A stretch of DNA of 64,000 nt. Source: Fimbriosthenelais zetlandica (Eukaryota). The position numbers and the translations under genes were made by a program. The stretch lies in assembly GCA_977030845.1 (NCBI GenBank), contig OZ365112.1:13268001-13332000 (forward strand). Direction: 5' to 3'. Of the stretch, positions 24,264 through 39,600 are shown in pieces (the first letter of the stretch is position 1; each line of letters starts with the position of its first letter). Under the pieces are notes generated by a model. That model was not told where the DNA came from. It worked only from the letters and a program-made list of their open reading frames with translations, and did not search any database.

Positions 24264-25421
24264 TTAATTAGCAGCCATTAATTGAATACGTTGAAGTGAA
24301 GCTGGTTGTATGATGGATTGCAGTACGGTGAAATCAGCTTCATCATTGCCATCCAGCATGAAGAGTTGGGAGTGGAGACCTGGCAATGATGAATGGTCTA
24401 TCTGCACCACAGCTAATGAATATATCTCCAGTCAGTACAAAAACAAGCGTTTTACTAAGCGAGGAGGTTGTCAATATTTATCATATATTAATTTTGTCAT
24501 TGTCCATGTATGTTGGTACTAGAATATGATATTAAATGCTCTGCGATATAATGTAGATCTATTATTTTTCCTTGTAGCAACTGGTGAATCTTTCTTTTCT
24601 TTTCCTTCTTTAAAATACTATCTGGAACAAAGATGCTAAGGTGGAAATCGAGGAATATACACGGGAAGGAATGAGTGCTGTATTTCCCCAATCCTCTAAA
24701 ATATTCATATTTCCAACAGGGAGCTTGATTCATTTATCTTTATGGTCTTTTCCTCAGAGGACTTCTATCAGGGTAGCCTTATATAATGAAGGATGACTGA
24801 ATAATCCATGGCCGGGGGAAGGTTCAACACTTTGCTTCTATATACAAGGAATACAGGTGACAACTTGGCTCCTCAGGAAGGCTGGTCTCCCTTTTGAACA
24901 GCAAGTGCCAAAAGGCCTACAGTAGTGTGATATTTTGATATAATCTTTGGTTATTGTGTAAATTCCTCGACATCTAATCCTACAGTATGTGGTAGTTAGT
25001 TCCTATGCATCTATTTACTAATCAGGAATATTTCTTGTGTACATAATGGTTTCTTTTTGAAGTGTTAATTCATATAACATCACATCTCGCCTTGTTGCTG
25101 TAGCTGCTTTACTTCATGTAAGTGAGAGCCACCTCACTAACCTCCAAAATATTTGAAACTTGCTTTCATGTTTTTCTTTCTACACGGACTGCCAGAAAAT
25201 TTGATGTTTCCCTGGATTTCATTCCACAGATTAAAAAGAAGTTAATGTAAGCCCTTTCCCAGGTTAATGCAAATCACAGCATTGGTTGGCTTGGTGTGAC
25301 TCAGGCTTAACCTTGACCAGTAATTGGTGGCTTGATGGTCTGGTCGTAAATACATCATACTTCTGGACATAGCTGGTTAACGTAGAGATTGGCAATGACA
25401 TTGCCTGTGTTGGAGAAGAGC
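24264..25421 (-). CDS. Candidate last two coding exons of an unidentified gene (possibly the two-TM gene at 44.3-44.9 kb)
   Basis: Exon 25312-25421 has a strong acceptor (TTTTGTTTAATTCCAG) and donor AAG|GTTAAG. It joins in phase 0 to 24264-24401, giving GSSPTQAMSLPISTL..HQLLVK|IDHSSLPGLHSQLFMLDG..SLQRIQLMAAN*. The second acceptor is weak. Confidence 0.4.
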
Positions 25422-28400
25422 CTGGAATTAAACAAAAATAGACATTTAATCATCACTTAAAAACAGAGCAGCCTTTTGATGGGTGTTAGAATATTGATCG
25501 CAGCTAATAGGATCATGAATGGAATAATTAACAGTGTCCAGAATCCTTAATGGTCGGTAATTCATTTGCCTGCTCACATAAGATAAATTTATCCCAAGTA
25601 ATTAAAGAAGAAATGATTTCCTTGATTAGGGCCTGAGATAATAATTAAAAGATTGTTTTGCTCTTAAGTTTAAGTTATTCTTAGATATGAGATATGCGTA
25701 TACAGTACATTGTCCCATTCACTTCAACTGAAATCATTGCAAAAAAGACACAAACCAACTAGATTCGTGACAGGAGACAGTTAGTTAGAGGGACTTCACA
25801 CCAATTTGATTTACAAAAATTGCATGCACCAGAACATGCATGTTCATGTGTGAAACTGGTCACCAACCTCCAACATTGTGTTGAGGAGGATATGCCCTTT
25901 GTTCCCCACTGTATCATACTCAAACCCAACCAGTCTTTTCACTCTGATTCCACTCAGGGTATACCTTATATATTTCTCTATTCTCATAAGGTTATAACGA
26001 CACAATTGTTATCAACAAATGTAAAGAAATCATTCTAGACAATCCATACCAATAGGCTTAGATGGGCCTAGATGCAGAACTATTTCATCCACATAAATTG
26101 TGTTATTGTAAGTAAGTGTAAATTCTATATATATGTCCTGAATAAGTCATCCAATATCAATCACACACGCATATGTATGTTAGTTGATAAGCAATATATC
26201 TTATCTCTTTCGGTTCTAATGCCTCAAGGAAAAATGCTCTATGCACATCTCATTCATCGCTACACTGTACATACAACGCCACATCCAATGTGTCTTACAG
26301 TTCTCATACTTCCAATGAATCGTCTTCTTCAGCACTGAATAATAGTGTAGACAATATAACATATCGACCTAGGTATTACACTTAGTCCCCAGTCCCCAAC
26401 TAATTGTTTAAATCATTGAGAGAGAAAGTGGAGAGAAAAAAGGAGATACAACTTTATAAAGAATAGAGGATTTCTACAAAGTCAGTGTATTTCCCAAGGC
26501 CCTGATAAGGAGTAATTAAATAGGCAAGAAGAAAAAAAGCGATCTAAATAAACAAAAGATGGTGGGGAAAGACCTGTATATTTTAACATTAGACAGGCTA
26601 CTACATGGAATACACCAATACCACAATGTAATACTGGTATTGAATGGGCAATAATAAGTGCATATTTATTATTTTATATCTATTTTGGTCATCTTTCTGC
26701 TGTAGATTTCATACTGGGGACAGATTGACTGGTCATGCAGTGTGAAATATTGAGGATGTCCATCATATAAATTTAATTGAGTTGTTACACGAACTGTTTC
26801 CATTGACACACACATGCGACACAATGTTGAGAGGTTTCAGATAATGGTAGAGATTGTGAAGACAAAACAGAAGTCATAAGTCATGCGAAGGTGCTTTGAA
26901 TTGGACATAAAGTGTTAAAAAGCTTCTAAAAGATCTAAAAAAAAGTCATGTAGGTCATAAGGTCATTTACACATTGCAATTCAACGTTTTTCTCTTTCGG
27001 TGTGAAAGTTCCGTTAAAGTAAATATTCCCAGTAAAATGCATTTTCCGTGTCATCTCGGAATGAATTTAATGAATGATGAAATCGTTCATATTGAATAAT
27101 GTATTATTCACCAGGGCCTGCAGTCACATTTATCCCAGCCAGGAAGTGACTTTTTGACAAGCATTTCATTCTGACAGCTCGACTAACACCACACTGTAAA
27201 TTCAAAGGCTGTCATTATTGGTGACTACCACCCACCTTTTCATAATTAACATTTTTGTAAAAAGATCCCAATCTATGCAAGGTGCAAATGACTGGCCATT
27301 AAACTTACCAACATATTTTTAGATTTCAAGAGCAGCATTTTAATATTTGTAGCAAATCTGACTGTTTTAAACCAGGATATATCTTGCATATTTTAGGCAG
27401 AATGTCAGCCTCATTTTCTGGTAGATATCCGATCGCTAAGGGTTGCAGTGTATGGAGAAAGAGAAAAGGCTGGAGGGAAATAAAATAGAAGAGGAAAAAG
27501 AGGAGGGTGGTGGATCCAGGTAATGCTATGTTTTCCCTAGCTAAATAAGCTATGTAAATATTTAACCACTGAATCTAGACTCTTTCCTCCCCAATAGAAC
27601 CAGTCTTCCCCACAAGCATCCACCACAACTTCTCATTTGGCAGTTCAATGCAACATCATTACAGGTTCTTAAAATCAGAATGATTATATGAATTACAAAT
27701 ACCATTTTTATTTCTTCGTTAAAAGTTCCTGAAGAGCATCTATGAATTGAGTTTTAAGTTGCCACTTGAGTAAATGACTTACCTAAGTAAGGTATCTATA
27801 TTTATGCTACACCTTTAGTGCCTTGGTGTGCTATACATTTAAACATGTATACTGCAATGATTAAGCTAGGAGGAGAAAAGGGAACCACACCTAATTTAAA
27901 GGCTATCACTTTCTCTTGGCACAGCTGGAATGGGACCTGAGGGAATGAACTCCCACGGTATACCGTCTCTGTTCTATTTGCCTATCCTGTCGTGTAGACC
28001 AAAGCTCTGGGAACAAGTCAATAGGACAAAATTCGACTCTATAGAGTCAAATTTGTTCCAGGCTTGCATCTGACTTGGTGCGCTATGGAAACAGAATTGA
28101 TTCTGTGAGAATAGTCAACAAGTATTTTGCCTGGATCATAATTTCTTATTGAAATGGGCATGTTTGGTTATGATAAGGTCAAAAAAGCCTGTGATGCTTG
28201 GATTTTAAAACCTTTAAACCACTAGCATCACATCTGTTATATGCCTTTACTAGGTTTTCCATACCTCCACAGGCAGATATTCATAGTTGATTGAACCATT
28301 GCCCATCTGACGAAAAATAAACATCAAAGCCTCTGCTGCAATCAAGTTTGAGCGAGCAGGATGAGTGGAGAGCCAGGCAAAAAGGTAGATGGATGGGACA

Positions 28401-29919
28401 CCCTCAAGTAACGGCTGTCATTTGCCTTTACTCAAAAGCCTACAAGATTTTTTTTCCATCAGTGCCCCACTGGAGGACCATGCCTTGGCAGGCACTTAAA
28501 TCCCTTGTTAAGGCTTGATCATGACAGATCCCGAGGAGGTGTCATGCTGGGGCACTGATCCGCCAGGGAGTCATTGGCAGGCCAATAATGTCCAATAATT
28601 GGCTACCATTGCCGATACATCTCCATGGTAACAGGGCCTCTGAATAGGGCCTCGTAAAACCTGCTGGTCATCCCTGAGGGCAACCAATGAGCATTTTCTT
28701 CCATTAATTTTCAAGTCTCAAAAAAAATCAATCTTGGAGTAAATCGAAAAGGAGTGAAATCCACAGGTTAGGTTCTCATTTGGGGGATTTGTCGACAAGA
28801 AGGGAGTATATTGGAGTATGTTACACTTCTCTGTTCAAAGCTTCACTTGTTTGGGATTAATTCCACTTAAGTTGGGAGGTGAACCAACCGCCTTTCGGTA
28901 AGAAGCCCATGCCTTGTGCAAACTGAACCATTTGTGAAATACAGATATATCGCAGAGCTCCGGACCATATAATTGTGACGGCAACAAGTATACTCTGGCG
29001 AAACTATGTTTGCTAGAGGCGGAATGAAAGGAAGAGACAATTTTATGTGGCTCTATGTCAGATAAGGATCGATGGGTCAGCGATGGAAAACAGAGCCAAC
29101 ATGGTCCTGATCAATATGGCCTGTTTGAGTTCTTTCACCATATGACATGGCTCTCTGCCCTCAGTCAGGAGGGATTTTCCTGTCTTTGAGATATGATGCT
29201 ATGACAGAGATGTATGGACACAGCTTGTGTGTGCTCTACCTTCCACAGGCGAGAACACCACTATCTACTCAGAGCCGCTCCGAGTGGATCGCACACGAGC
29301 AGAGTCCAAACCAGGGATTGTGGAAAATGACACCAAGAACGGGGTATCTATGGTCTTCTAGTACTTGTTCTAGCAGAAACGAGGGGCATGGAAGAGCATC
29401 ACATTTCAAATACCATGCCGCAATTTCAAGTAAATTTAGATTCCAGGAAAAAATATTTGTGAAAATAGCAATAATGTATTGCAGCAAAATAACTATGTTT
29501 ACCAGCGACATTTGTTACCATACAACTGTTGGTCTCCAGCAGTGCCTTCATTAATCTTACTGGTGCTCGGTACATAATAGATGAGCCCCATTGTTACTCT
29601 ATGTTCTACATTAATTGCCTCTGTACTGGGAACTTAGATTGCCTGTACAAGGTTCCTAAAAGTTAGAATTCTCCTTATGACATGCTTAAATTTCATTTTA
29701 GTATCATTTATTCCACTGAGCTCTTGCTCTATATTGCATAAGATATATCCGGGATCCTGCATGCAAAGATTCCCATGGGATATGGATAAAAAGGTTTTCA
29801 ATGATCCATTCACCTTATGAAATGATATATTCATCTTATCGAAGGAACAAGATACGGTGAATATTTCATGTTTCCTTTGATTTGACTTGGCCCTAATAAA
29901 TTATCTATTTCCAGTAGGG

Positions 29920-30650
29920 CCTATTAAATTCGTCACTGAGGTAGAGGATCCATATATTCCCCATGTTTCCCTCAAATATGACCTGGTCCATTTCACCCTA
30001 ATATATGGTATAGTCCCCCTATTAAATTCTTCACTTGGGGCAGAGGCTACTTCCCCAGGATGTTCCCTCGGTTATAACCTGGTCTATAATCCTAATAACA
30101 TTATATGATCTATTCCCCCTATTAAATTCTACAAGGACCCATACTTCAAATACTTCCTCAATAAGTCTTATCGATTCTCCTTTTCGTCCAAATCATTATA
30201 ATATTATCAAGATCATATAAACCCTATAAAATGCTCCAATAGATAGGTGGATATCAATGCACACAGTACGTGGATCATCCAACTCCAAAATAGGTTTTAT
30301 TCACCCTAATTAAATGCCCAACTGAGGCAGTTAAGCGTGTATTTTCCAGTTTCCTTGTACTAATCAAGTGATATATTCACCCATTAAATGAAGTACTGAG
30401 AGTGTGGATATTTCCTCACCTTTACCCCTAATTATATAACTATCTATGTATTCAAAGTAACAAATTGTCTATTTATCCTACAAAAGCAGTATATATTTCA
30501 TCTTCCATTGTATATTCCATGGCCTATCCACTCGATTAAATGAACCACTCAGACTCGGGCGTCCTCTATCTATATGACCTGGTCCAATTAACCCTAATAT
30601 ATGGTCTATTCCCCGTATTAAATACCTCACAGAGGCAATTGATACTTCCT
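29920..30650. repeat. Degenerate ~98-100 bp tandem repeat
   Basis: CCTATTAAATTC recurs at 29920, 30018 and 30118. ATATGACCTGGTCCA..ACCCTAATATATGGT recurs near 29977 and 30572, with weaker ATTAAAT..ACTGAG units in between. Confidence 0.75.
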
Positions 30651-33600
30651 CTTTTTTCTCAACAAAAGAAAAACCCCATATCAGTAGATGTTATTGACTT
30701 GGGTATTGGATAAGGAGGTGTAGATACAATCTCTAGCACAGGTCGCTTATCGCGGGCATTACTTTTAGCAAGGCCTGGGATGTGTCAGACTGGGGAGGGA
30801 GATGATGTCTACCATGCCCACGGGGGCAATATCAAAAATAGAATGTGGAAACACGCTATAAACCAGAAGGTGGCTGCTATCCTTAAATGAACCTATATAA
30901 TGGGGGAGGCAGGACATTCCGGAAAACTTGTGCAATTTATTAGCGCGATTTATACTGGCGACCTACCCACTAAATGAGCTTAGCATTGGAAGTAAATGGC
31001 CAATTGCTGGACAGTGTTCCATGGCCAGAATGGCCGGAGAGAAAAAATGTTGCTTACTGGATTGAAGAAAGCAGAAATTATTTGATAGAACCCACATGAC
31101 TGAATTGAAGCTAATCTGGGAATGCCATATCATCATTGCTATCCCACATGTGAGGCAGGTTCCAACTCCAGCCTACCGTATCAAGATAAAAATACACCAT
31201 CAATCAATAACCATTCGATTTTCTCATCATCCTAACTTCACCATCACTTTCCTTCTAAGATAAATCACAGATCCCCTTTACAAGTGGCTGTAGGTACTTT
31301 ATTTCCAGGGAATATCGGGGGATTAATGTGCCCTCAAAGAACAGATCCACTGAAATTTAAAAGTTGTAATTTATCTGATCGTCTTGGGGACCTTTTCTTT
31401 CGGGATCTTATTCAATTGTTCAGTACATGCGCCAGTTTTTGTCAGCCTTTTGGTAGCTGAGGTAATTTCCTTGCCAGAGGTCCTTCGGCGATGCCCTAAG
31501 GGCCTGTGGCATGCAAATCGTCGGCGGCAACTATAACTATTTTCATGATGGAATTCTGGTGGATCCAAGGGCAATATAAACGAGCCTTGATTAATAGGAA
31601 GCAGTCAGATCCTAGTAAGCCTCCTTTAACTCAGGGTGATGGGCTGGGACAGAGGGCCTCTCTCTCTATATATAAGACTCATTTCGATCCAACATCCCAG
31701 AAGTTTGGATCTCAAGCCAAATACACCACAGTGCAGGACTTCGATCAATGGCAGGGAATCCTAGCTCCGAAGTTGACATTGGGTTGGCCTCTAAGTTGGA
31801 AACACTGGGCCAGAGCAGATAAGGTCGGGTTAAGGTGGGGGTTAAGCAAGGGTCATATATATTTGATACATTGTACACCACCATCATGTAATTTCCATAT
31901 TCACCCAGTAGGATATAAGATATGGGCCAAGCGAACTTATAGGCATCATCGAATGATGCACATAATACAAGCTTGGGAGAAAATTTGAGAGGATTTTAAG
32001 GTCAATGCAACCCATAAATAGTTAATACATTACTTCTTTCTTCGTATAATAGGCTCTCATTGTTTGCCCAACTGACTGACTTTCTTATGTTGCCCTATCC
32101 CTTAGACCGAAAATAGTCAGGCCCAACTAATGGCGATAGTTATAGCATGTTTCAGACTTTACCCAGGCAAATCTTGACCTACTCAAGTTGTTTGTGATAT
32201 AAATTCCCTCAACGACTTGCTGGCCACGTTGCTGTTATGTGGCGGGCTGACGGTAAGGTTAAGACGGTTTGATGATAAGTTAGGTCTGACTACCACACCC
32301 CTCAATGACCAGCTGGGGGCTGCTCGTCTACCAGGCCCATGTCTACCCACATTACTGCTCATATGATAGCAGGATAAACGAGCCATGAAAATCCCTATCA
32401 CAGACCTGCCCTGTGTCATGTAAAGCATGGAGAAAATGGGGGAAAATTCATCCTTTAGGCCAATTATTCTATATAGACCTGCAGTAAGACATGCTAATTA
32501 TTATAATTCATCTGCTAATTGGAAAATAGGTTGTTCCCAGTCAAATGACCCATGAAAGTCCATTCATCCATCACAAAGACATGGAGAGAAGAAAACAGGC
32601 TGGACATTTCTGTCTTGCACTGAATCTTCTCATGTCATGCAATATCTAATGATGGCAGAAAGTGACTATACATGCATTGCCTGACGATCAGTAGCCTGAA
32701 ATGATCATTTATTCAAGACAATTTCTCTATCTCGTGCCCCTGGTTATGCTACCTGTCGAGCATATTGGTATCTATGATCATGATCGATCGTTTTCCACCA
32801 TGGGAAATAAGTAGCACTTCAGAATATTGCAGGTAATCAGTACCCAGTACGACGTATCGGTGTCCTTGGGTGCGATACGTTTCATGCAAAGGAAAAGGTG
32901 CAGTAATCAGACAATTGTGAAGTTACCTCACTGTCCTACATGTGGATGGAATATAAAGGTCTGGAGGAGCTGATCAGGGAGTCTGGAAGCAGGGAGTCAG
33001 CTGATTTAGCTTGCCTTTATAGGTCTATGTCCGACCAGTGTCTTCTTAGAACTCTAGGACATTTGACTGTTCAAAGTCAGTCCTACAAGGTCCCTCGTCA
33101 GCCATATGTACACAGCCGATGACCATATAGAAAGTCTGTTTATAGCATGACAATTAAAAGGGCAGTCTGACTGTTTCCCTGGTGTATTTAATTCGGGACA
33201 TGCCTTGTTCCCAAGACCAGAATAAGACCTATATAGCTTCTGCTTAATGCGTTAAGGACCAGGGCTGGATCCTTCATTACTTGACCACCAAACATCAATG
33301 ATTTACATGCGCTGACAGAGATCGCTTTGCAGTCTGTTTGAAACTTCAAGAAGAAAGAAAAATCTCATCCCCAGGACTGGGAGTCTCATATCAAGAGAAT
33401 CGACTGGACGGAGATTAAAATGACAGATGGCGGATGTCTGGGGAGAGCAGCTAGGGGACGGCCGCCAATCTCTACACTGCTGGCTGCAATATGAAAAAAC
33501 CCACTATTTTTGTATCAAATCTCTTATTGACAGAATATGACCCAACCGTAGAAAAACAAAATATCAATCGTTGGACGTCGGGTAATATCCTTCAGTATAG

Positions 33601-36600
33601 TTTAATAAAATGGATTTTGTAAAAGCTACAAAGCCTTTCGGTCTTAAGTCCCAGGATATCAGTGAATTAAGGTAGAGGAGAGTGAAGAAATGCATTGATT
33701 TAGTGTTAGATGACTGTATGTGTGAGCTGAAGGTATTGACCATCCACGAGCCTGGCTTTCTTCATTATTGGGCCCTGTCAGCCACCATGAAAAGATGCAG
33801 GAATCCATAGCTGAGTATAGGATGTCTAATATTCCACACCATGTACGTATCTATGTAATAAGATTCATCAGATCCTTTTGACTCACCAGTAATTGCTTGC
33901 ACCTGTTCATCATTTTGCTATTCAATACATATACATACATAAGGGCATTCCCTGCAGCTCCTATGATTCGATATATTGTGTAGTCAATTAGGAGCTATTA
34001 TTTACAACTTTTTCGCCGAAAGGAACTTATCCGTGGAGGCAGTAGTAATTGTGGAGGGGGGGGGGGCGTTGCTTCTGCGAAAGGCGACTATTATGAAACG
34101 TGACTATGCGATGTATATTGTAACCTTTTCTCTGACATAATTCTTGATAAGAATCATAAATGTAGGTATATAGACTGTAAAATAAGAACTTATCTATGTC
34201 TCCAAAGTGACCCTATAACATGAGATTAAGTGTTGATCTGCCAATACGTTGAGCTCTTATTTACCCACAAAGCTTCTTTTGGGAGAGAGCATTCTTTACT
34301 AGAATGACATATGAGGGTATTTAGCTCAGTGTTGGGCCGAGTAAAATGTCTTGAGCATACCTGAATAATTCCCCTTTGTCCTATACTACTTAGACGCCTA
34401 CATTTTTTAAGTTTTCATCCATGTCCTTTGGCAACAGTTTTCCATCAATACTTTACTACGTATCATAAATGCTACTTAAACACTGAACTCCTCCCCTACT
34501 ATACAGCGATTTAGGCGCCACAGTCGGACAACAAAGGCAATCCCAAGAATCTTTGTCTCGAGGGTATAGATTCTTCTCCTACAACAATCAAAAGACATCA
34601 AAACCATTGTTTCCATTCATGGGCATGAGGAATCACATTCCCATGACTATCAGCAGTGCATTTTATTCTTTTCCCACACTGTAAATGCAGCTGGCATTGA
34701 CTTCATCTATACACTTCTCCAGCTAATTTGTGGTGTAGTATGGATGATATAGATTGGGAGGAATCCTCGGCTGCCTCGGTGGAGCAATCACCAACCTATT
34801 TGCATTGACTGTCTTCGTCTGGCCTCCAGCTATTCTGCCTCAGCTGTACCTGCTCCCATCCTGGCCGAGGACTACATTCAATCAGAAAACGGTATAGCTG
34901 TGCCGGTCACAGGCATTATCTGCCATCTGACATTACATGGCGTAATTACTGTAAAGGTGGCAATATGAAGCATTTCCACACAACATTAAGTCACTTTAGG
35001 CCTAATAATTCAAGGGTATTTCCACATTAAGGCAATAATACTTTTCAGAGTTTTCTATTGACCTTCGCCTATAACCGGTACCCTAGCCCAAAAGGAAAGG
35101 CTGGTCCTTCATTTTACAGTGTTCATTAATCCAACAAAAAAAGTAAAAGGTAAAAGTCAAAGGGTTGTATAAAGGTTAGGGAGGGCCCTAAATGTTACCA
35201 GTTAATTAGTGGGGTCTCTGAGGCCTAAGATGCGCCCTCAGCTCCAGGCTTCTCTCAGAATGACACAAGCATGGCAAACAGTATAGCCGGCACCCAGGCC
35301 TCCCAGCCTGCACCCGGCCATACCCCTGACCTTATCTCCCCTCTCTACACAATGAGTATGCGTGACTCAGGTACCCACTTCGTGAGGTGGTTAGCCTGAT
35401 AAAGGAAGTGGGGTGTGCCCCACTGAAAGCTTCTCTCTATGTAACTAGATTCTGTGTGACAAATGAAAGGCCCGAGCTACACAGAAGGCATGCAGACCGT
35501 ATATATATATATAGTGGTTCCTCTATTGACCTCCACTGGGCGACCAAATAATAACCGGGGATCGATACTTAAGTTGGACGCTAAGATTTAGCAAAGGTTC
35601 CATTGATCCCATATACATGGAATGATTGTGACATCTGGTAGATATATAAGACATCCTCTGGTGAATTAATACACTGGTCTTCTGGTCTGTCAGGATGTTA
35701 TATCCCTTCAATAGGACCAGGACAGAAAGGCAGGCCTGGTCTGTGAGTAGTATAGCGACAGTGGGATACAGAAATAAAGCACATTCTTTGAACCACACGC
35801 CTGCTCCAAATACAAATCAGCTGGGAAGTTCAACAAATCCAAAGGTGGCCACCCTTCCAAGCCACACACCTGCCGACTTCTAAGCCACTAAAGCAGAGGG
35901 GTGGAGAAGGAGGGCTGGAATCCGCCATTCGTTTGAGTCAGTTGCCAGGCGACTGGAATACAGAATGATGTATTGGGCCTCCCCGCAGACTGAAATGACA
36001 AGATCAGGGAGAGGACTGGTGTTTCCACCTTCCTTTCTACCTTTCAAGACAGACTGACGGATGGGACGGCCCAGGGAATACGCAATTCATAGGGATGGCT
36101 CATATGTTTGAAATAGACAGAAAAGAGGTGCGTGTTGCTCACATATAAATCACATGAATGACTGCAGTGAATAATAGTCGTGAAGTGTATAGCAGTAGGC
36201 TAATATCTGGATGTTTCATGAGGTGTAAGGAGTCACCCCCGAAATAATAAATTGTAAAGAAAAGTAATTTTCAAAACAGCTAATTAACATCAGAAGTGAT
36301 ATTTTTACTCAGTAATAATAAGGTACATTATAGACCGAATATGAGCATGAGAAGTGTCCAAGTACTGCACGACTCAACCCCAGGGGTAATTACCTACCAG
36401 CCCCTTGAGGCCTGAAGGTCTAAATGGAGGGGCAGGTTCTGGGTTAGGACCCCTGTCCCATTAGCGTGTCAACTTTCCATTGGAAGAATGCATTAATTAG
36501 TCGGCCAGTTCAGCCACCCTGTCTTCGGCGCATGTGAAGTTCCCATTCGGGCAGGGTCTCATTGGTTGAAATGAGGAAGCCAGTGTTGATTTGGCAATGC

Positions 36601-39600
36601 TTGAAGTAGGGGGCTACTGGTCAGGGATATGGTATATGACATAAGAATCTAAATCATGTACATTTCCATTTAAAAAATATCATATCACTTTGAGTTCATA
36701 ACGCCCCTCCCCACCTCCCCGAAAACTTCTAAAAGGATGTCAAATATCGCTCTACAGTGGCCTCATGCAGCAATATTCATCAATTGCACTCCCATCGTTG
36801 GCAAGATGGAAGGGCCTATTTGCATTGTATCTCACTGATCATTTCGGGAGTGCTACTAAACCCTCGTATTGGACTATTCCCTGACTGATTGTGTATGCAC
36901 GGGCATGTGCAACGATCATGTACTTTGCAGAGACTAATTTGGAGAAGGTTCCATGGTCATATGGCGCCTTCGTTGAATGTACAACATATAGGCGGGGGTC
37001 GCTGGCCCTGTGCTCTGAGCGTCAACAAATGCCTGCCGCCCCATTTCCATAAGGCAGATAGTAGTATGAAAAATGCCTCTTTTCTTCTATTTCAACATAG
37101 CAATGCTCACTCCCAATGGTTATTTAGAATAAACCTAATGGATATGGGTTTTTTAACGATAGAATATATGTTGCTTTCTCGAATAAAAAGCAGTTGAAAT
37201 TTTCAATCATAACGAATAATGAAGGAAAGTTTTGGTCACATTTAAGAATTGGCAAATTGCAAATTTTCATCTTGAGACCATATAGTAAAAATATAGTGCA
37301 TTGTCTGCTCTAGAAAAGGGGTTGTGTTCCCTCCTTGTAAAGGGAGGTAGCTGGTACTGGATCTGGATTAAGGGTAAATTGGCAAGTAGCTTCCAATGGG
37401 GCTTCAAGCTGATTACGCCCCTATTGACTGCTGATCAGTCTCATAATATCTCATGAAAATGGTAATCCCTGCACTACTCCTCTACCAGCTTCACATCAGG
37501 ACAATGTCTACCACATGTAGCATTAATCATACCCTGTCTACACGACCAATTCAATAAAGCTTACATCAAATGACCTATACTTATGTACATAAGATCTTAC
37601 AAGTCTCATTCCATGTTCGCCACTGAATACTGCAACCCAACACATTAAACCTCTCAAAGGTTCTCTCGTCTTTTTATAGGTGTTTACCTAAAGGATCTGG
37701 CTTAAGTTTGAGTTTCCAAACTATAGAAAAAAGTCTCCTGGCCTTTCGGTCATTATTCCCATGGTCATTTGCAGAAAGGACTTTACACAAGCAAGCGAGG
37801 GGCAGCTTTCAACCACTTCAAATGAGATGGTGTTTCGATCGCTGAGAACTTGGGAGCTGCTCGTGCTTGAAAACAGCTCGTAGAGAGTGGCTCATTAAAG
37901 CCCAGCCAGATGACAGCTTTCCCACGTTTTACCAGAATTGCCATTATCTCAAGTACATAGAGAGAATATGCCTCGTAAAGCAAACATTAATGTGCAGGTA
38001 TGGAATCTAAAAATGTCGTTTCTCAAAAAAAAGTTAAATTTGAGAATGCCAAACAAATACTTTAACATCTGCTTTGGACGAAAGTATATATGAGGGAATA
38101 TATTGTTTTCGGATTTGAGTTAAGCATTGAATTCATCTGAGATCAAATTGTCCAGACCAAGGCTACAAAACTTCAAGGGCTTTACCACCATTATGCATGT
38201 TACATTCCCTCCGCCTGGAGTAAGCGTACTCCTGTCATTTGGTGTAAAACATCAAAGGCTTCCGATCACCCAGAAGAGCCGGTGCTTTATTCTGGCGCTA
38301 GATTCAGCACCTCTATTGTAAGCGAGTCTGTTTTCCTCCTTTTTTTTCTTTTGCCAGATCACATTTCTGGTGTATTGATCAGAGGAAAGTCTGAGGGCCT
38401 GAATGGCCAGCCGTCGGCTCGATGTCCTTGATTTGTCGATTTGTAGGCAATTAGATGGTTTAGGCCTTCCTGTACAGCAAGCTGCTACGTCTGTGCTTCC
38501 AGGTCCTATACCGAATATATATATATACAGAGTGCAACAGTGTCTGCCATTATCAGGCTGCCATCTTATATATGGGATGAAATTCATCCAATCAATCAAG
38601 GCAGTATGGATCAATGACATCTGCCAATTAGGATTTTAATCTACTTTTGAAGTTTCATTGATTCCAATAAGAAGACGGTGAAATTTACGTCAGCATAGTT
38701 AAAAATATCACAGCTGTCAAAGGGATTTTATGAATCTTAATTACCATCTGTTCCCCGTATTAAATTGCCACTTTTTCCTAATAAAATTGCAATGGTCTGA
38801 ACGAGGGATATATTTTCATAGTTACTTTCATATTTCCCTTGTGGTTTTCCAGGAAAAAACATGGCTTCATGCTCATGTCAAAGTGGCCCTTGGTTAGTTA
38901 ATTGTTTTAAACCAGTTAAACTTAAAATTCATCTAAACCAATGTATAGCATGAACTACAGGTTTGCATGCGTTTCCAAAACAAAAAGGTACGTTCCTCCA
39001 CCCGACCAATTCAAACCACTCTGTAATAAATAAACAGAGATATTTGGTGCATGGATATAAAAACCATATTTACTTTCCAACAAATGGATTCCCTGTTTTG
39101 TATGTAAAGAGTGAGCCCTTCTGCGAGAGGAACCAGGTACATTATATGCCTCTGGTGGGCTTTAACACAGTTAGAGTTATTACTTTCTACCATGTTTCAT
39201 CAGACATATATAACAATATTTGCTCTTGGCATGAACAATAGCGAGCCCAGCGCCACACCAATTGCTCTATTGTTCTACCATATCTCTCATTGATAATTGC
39301 CTATTTTTCCAGCTCACTTATTGCATACACACTCAATAAAATATCGAGTTACCAGGAACCTAATGGGGCAATTATCACATAAGGAGCGGGCATAAAGCAT
39401 CAGCAAATAAGTAGTTAAATGCATCCTTAAATATAGATGCGCTCTGACAATATTTACACTTTTTCACATGTTTCTCAATAATTATTGATATCAAAAGGTT
39501 GATAGCACCCTTGCTGTAGAAGCAACTGATCTATCAGCAGAAATCTAATTTAATATTTTTCAATCAACAAATAGGAATCAATCCATATGGGCATGCCATG

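Noticed and set aside
37846-37998. Plus-strand open frame ending at a CAG|GTATGG donor
   Set aside because: No acceptor or start context, no partner exon and no recognisable motif.
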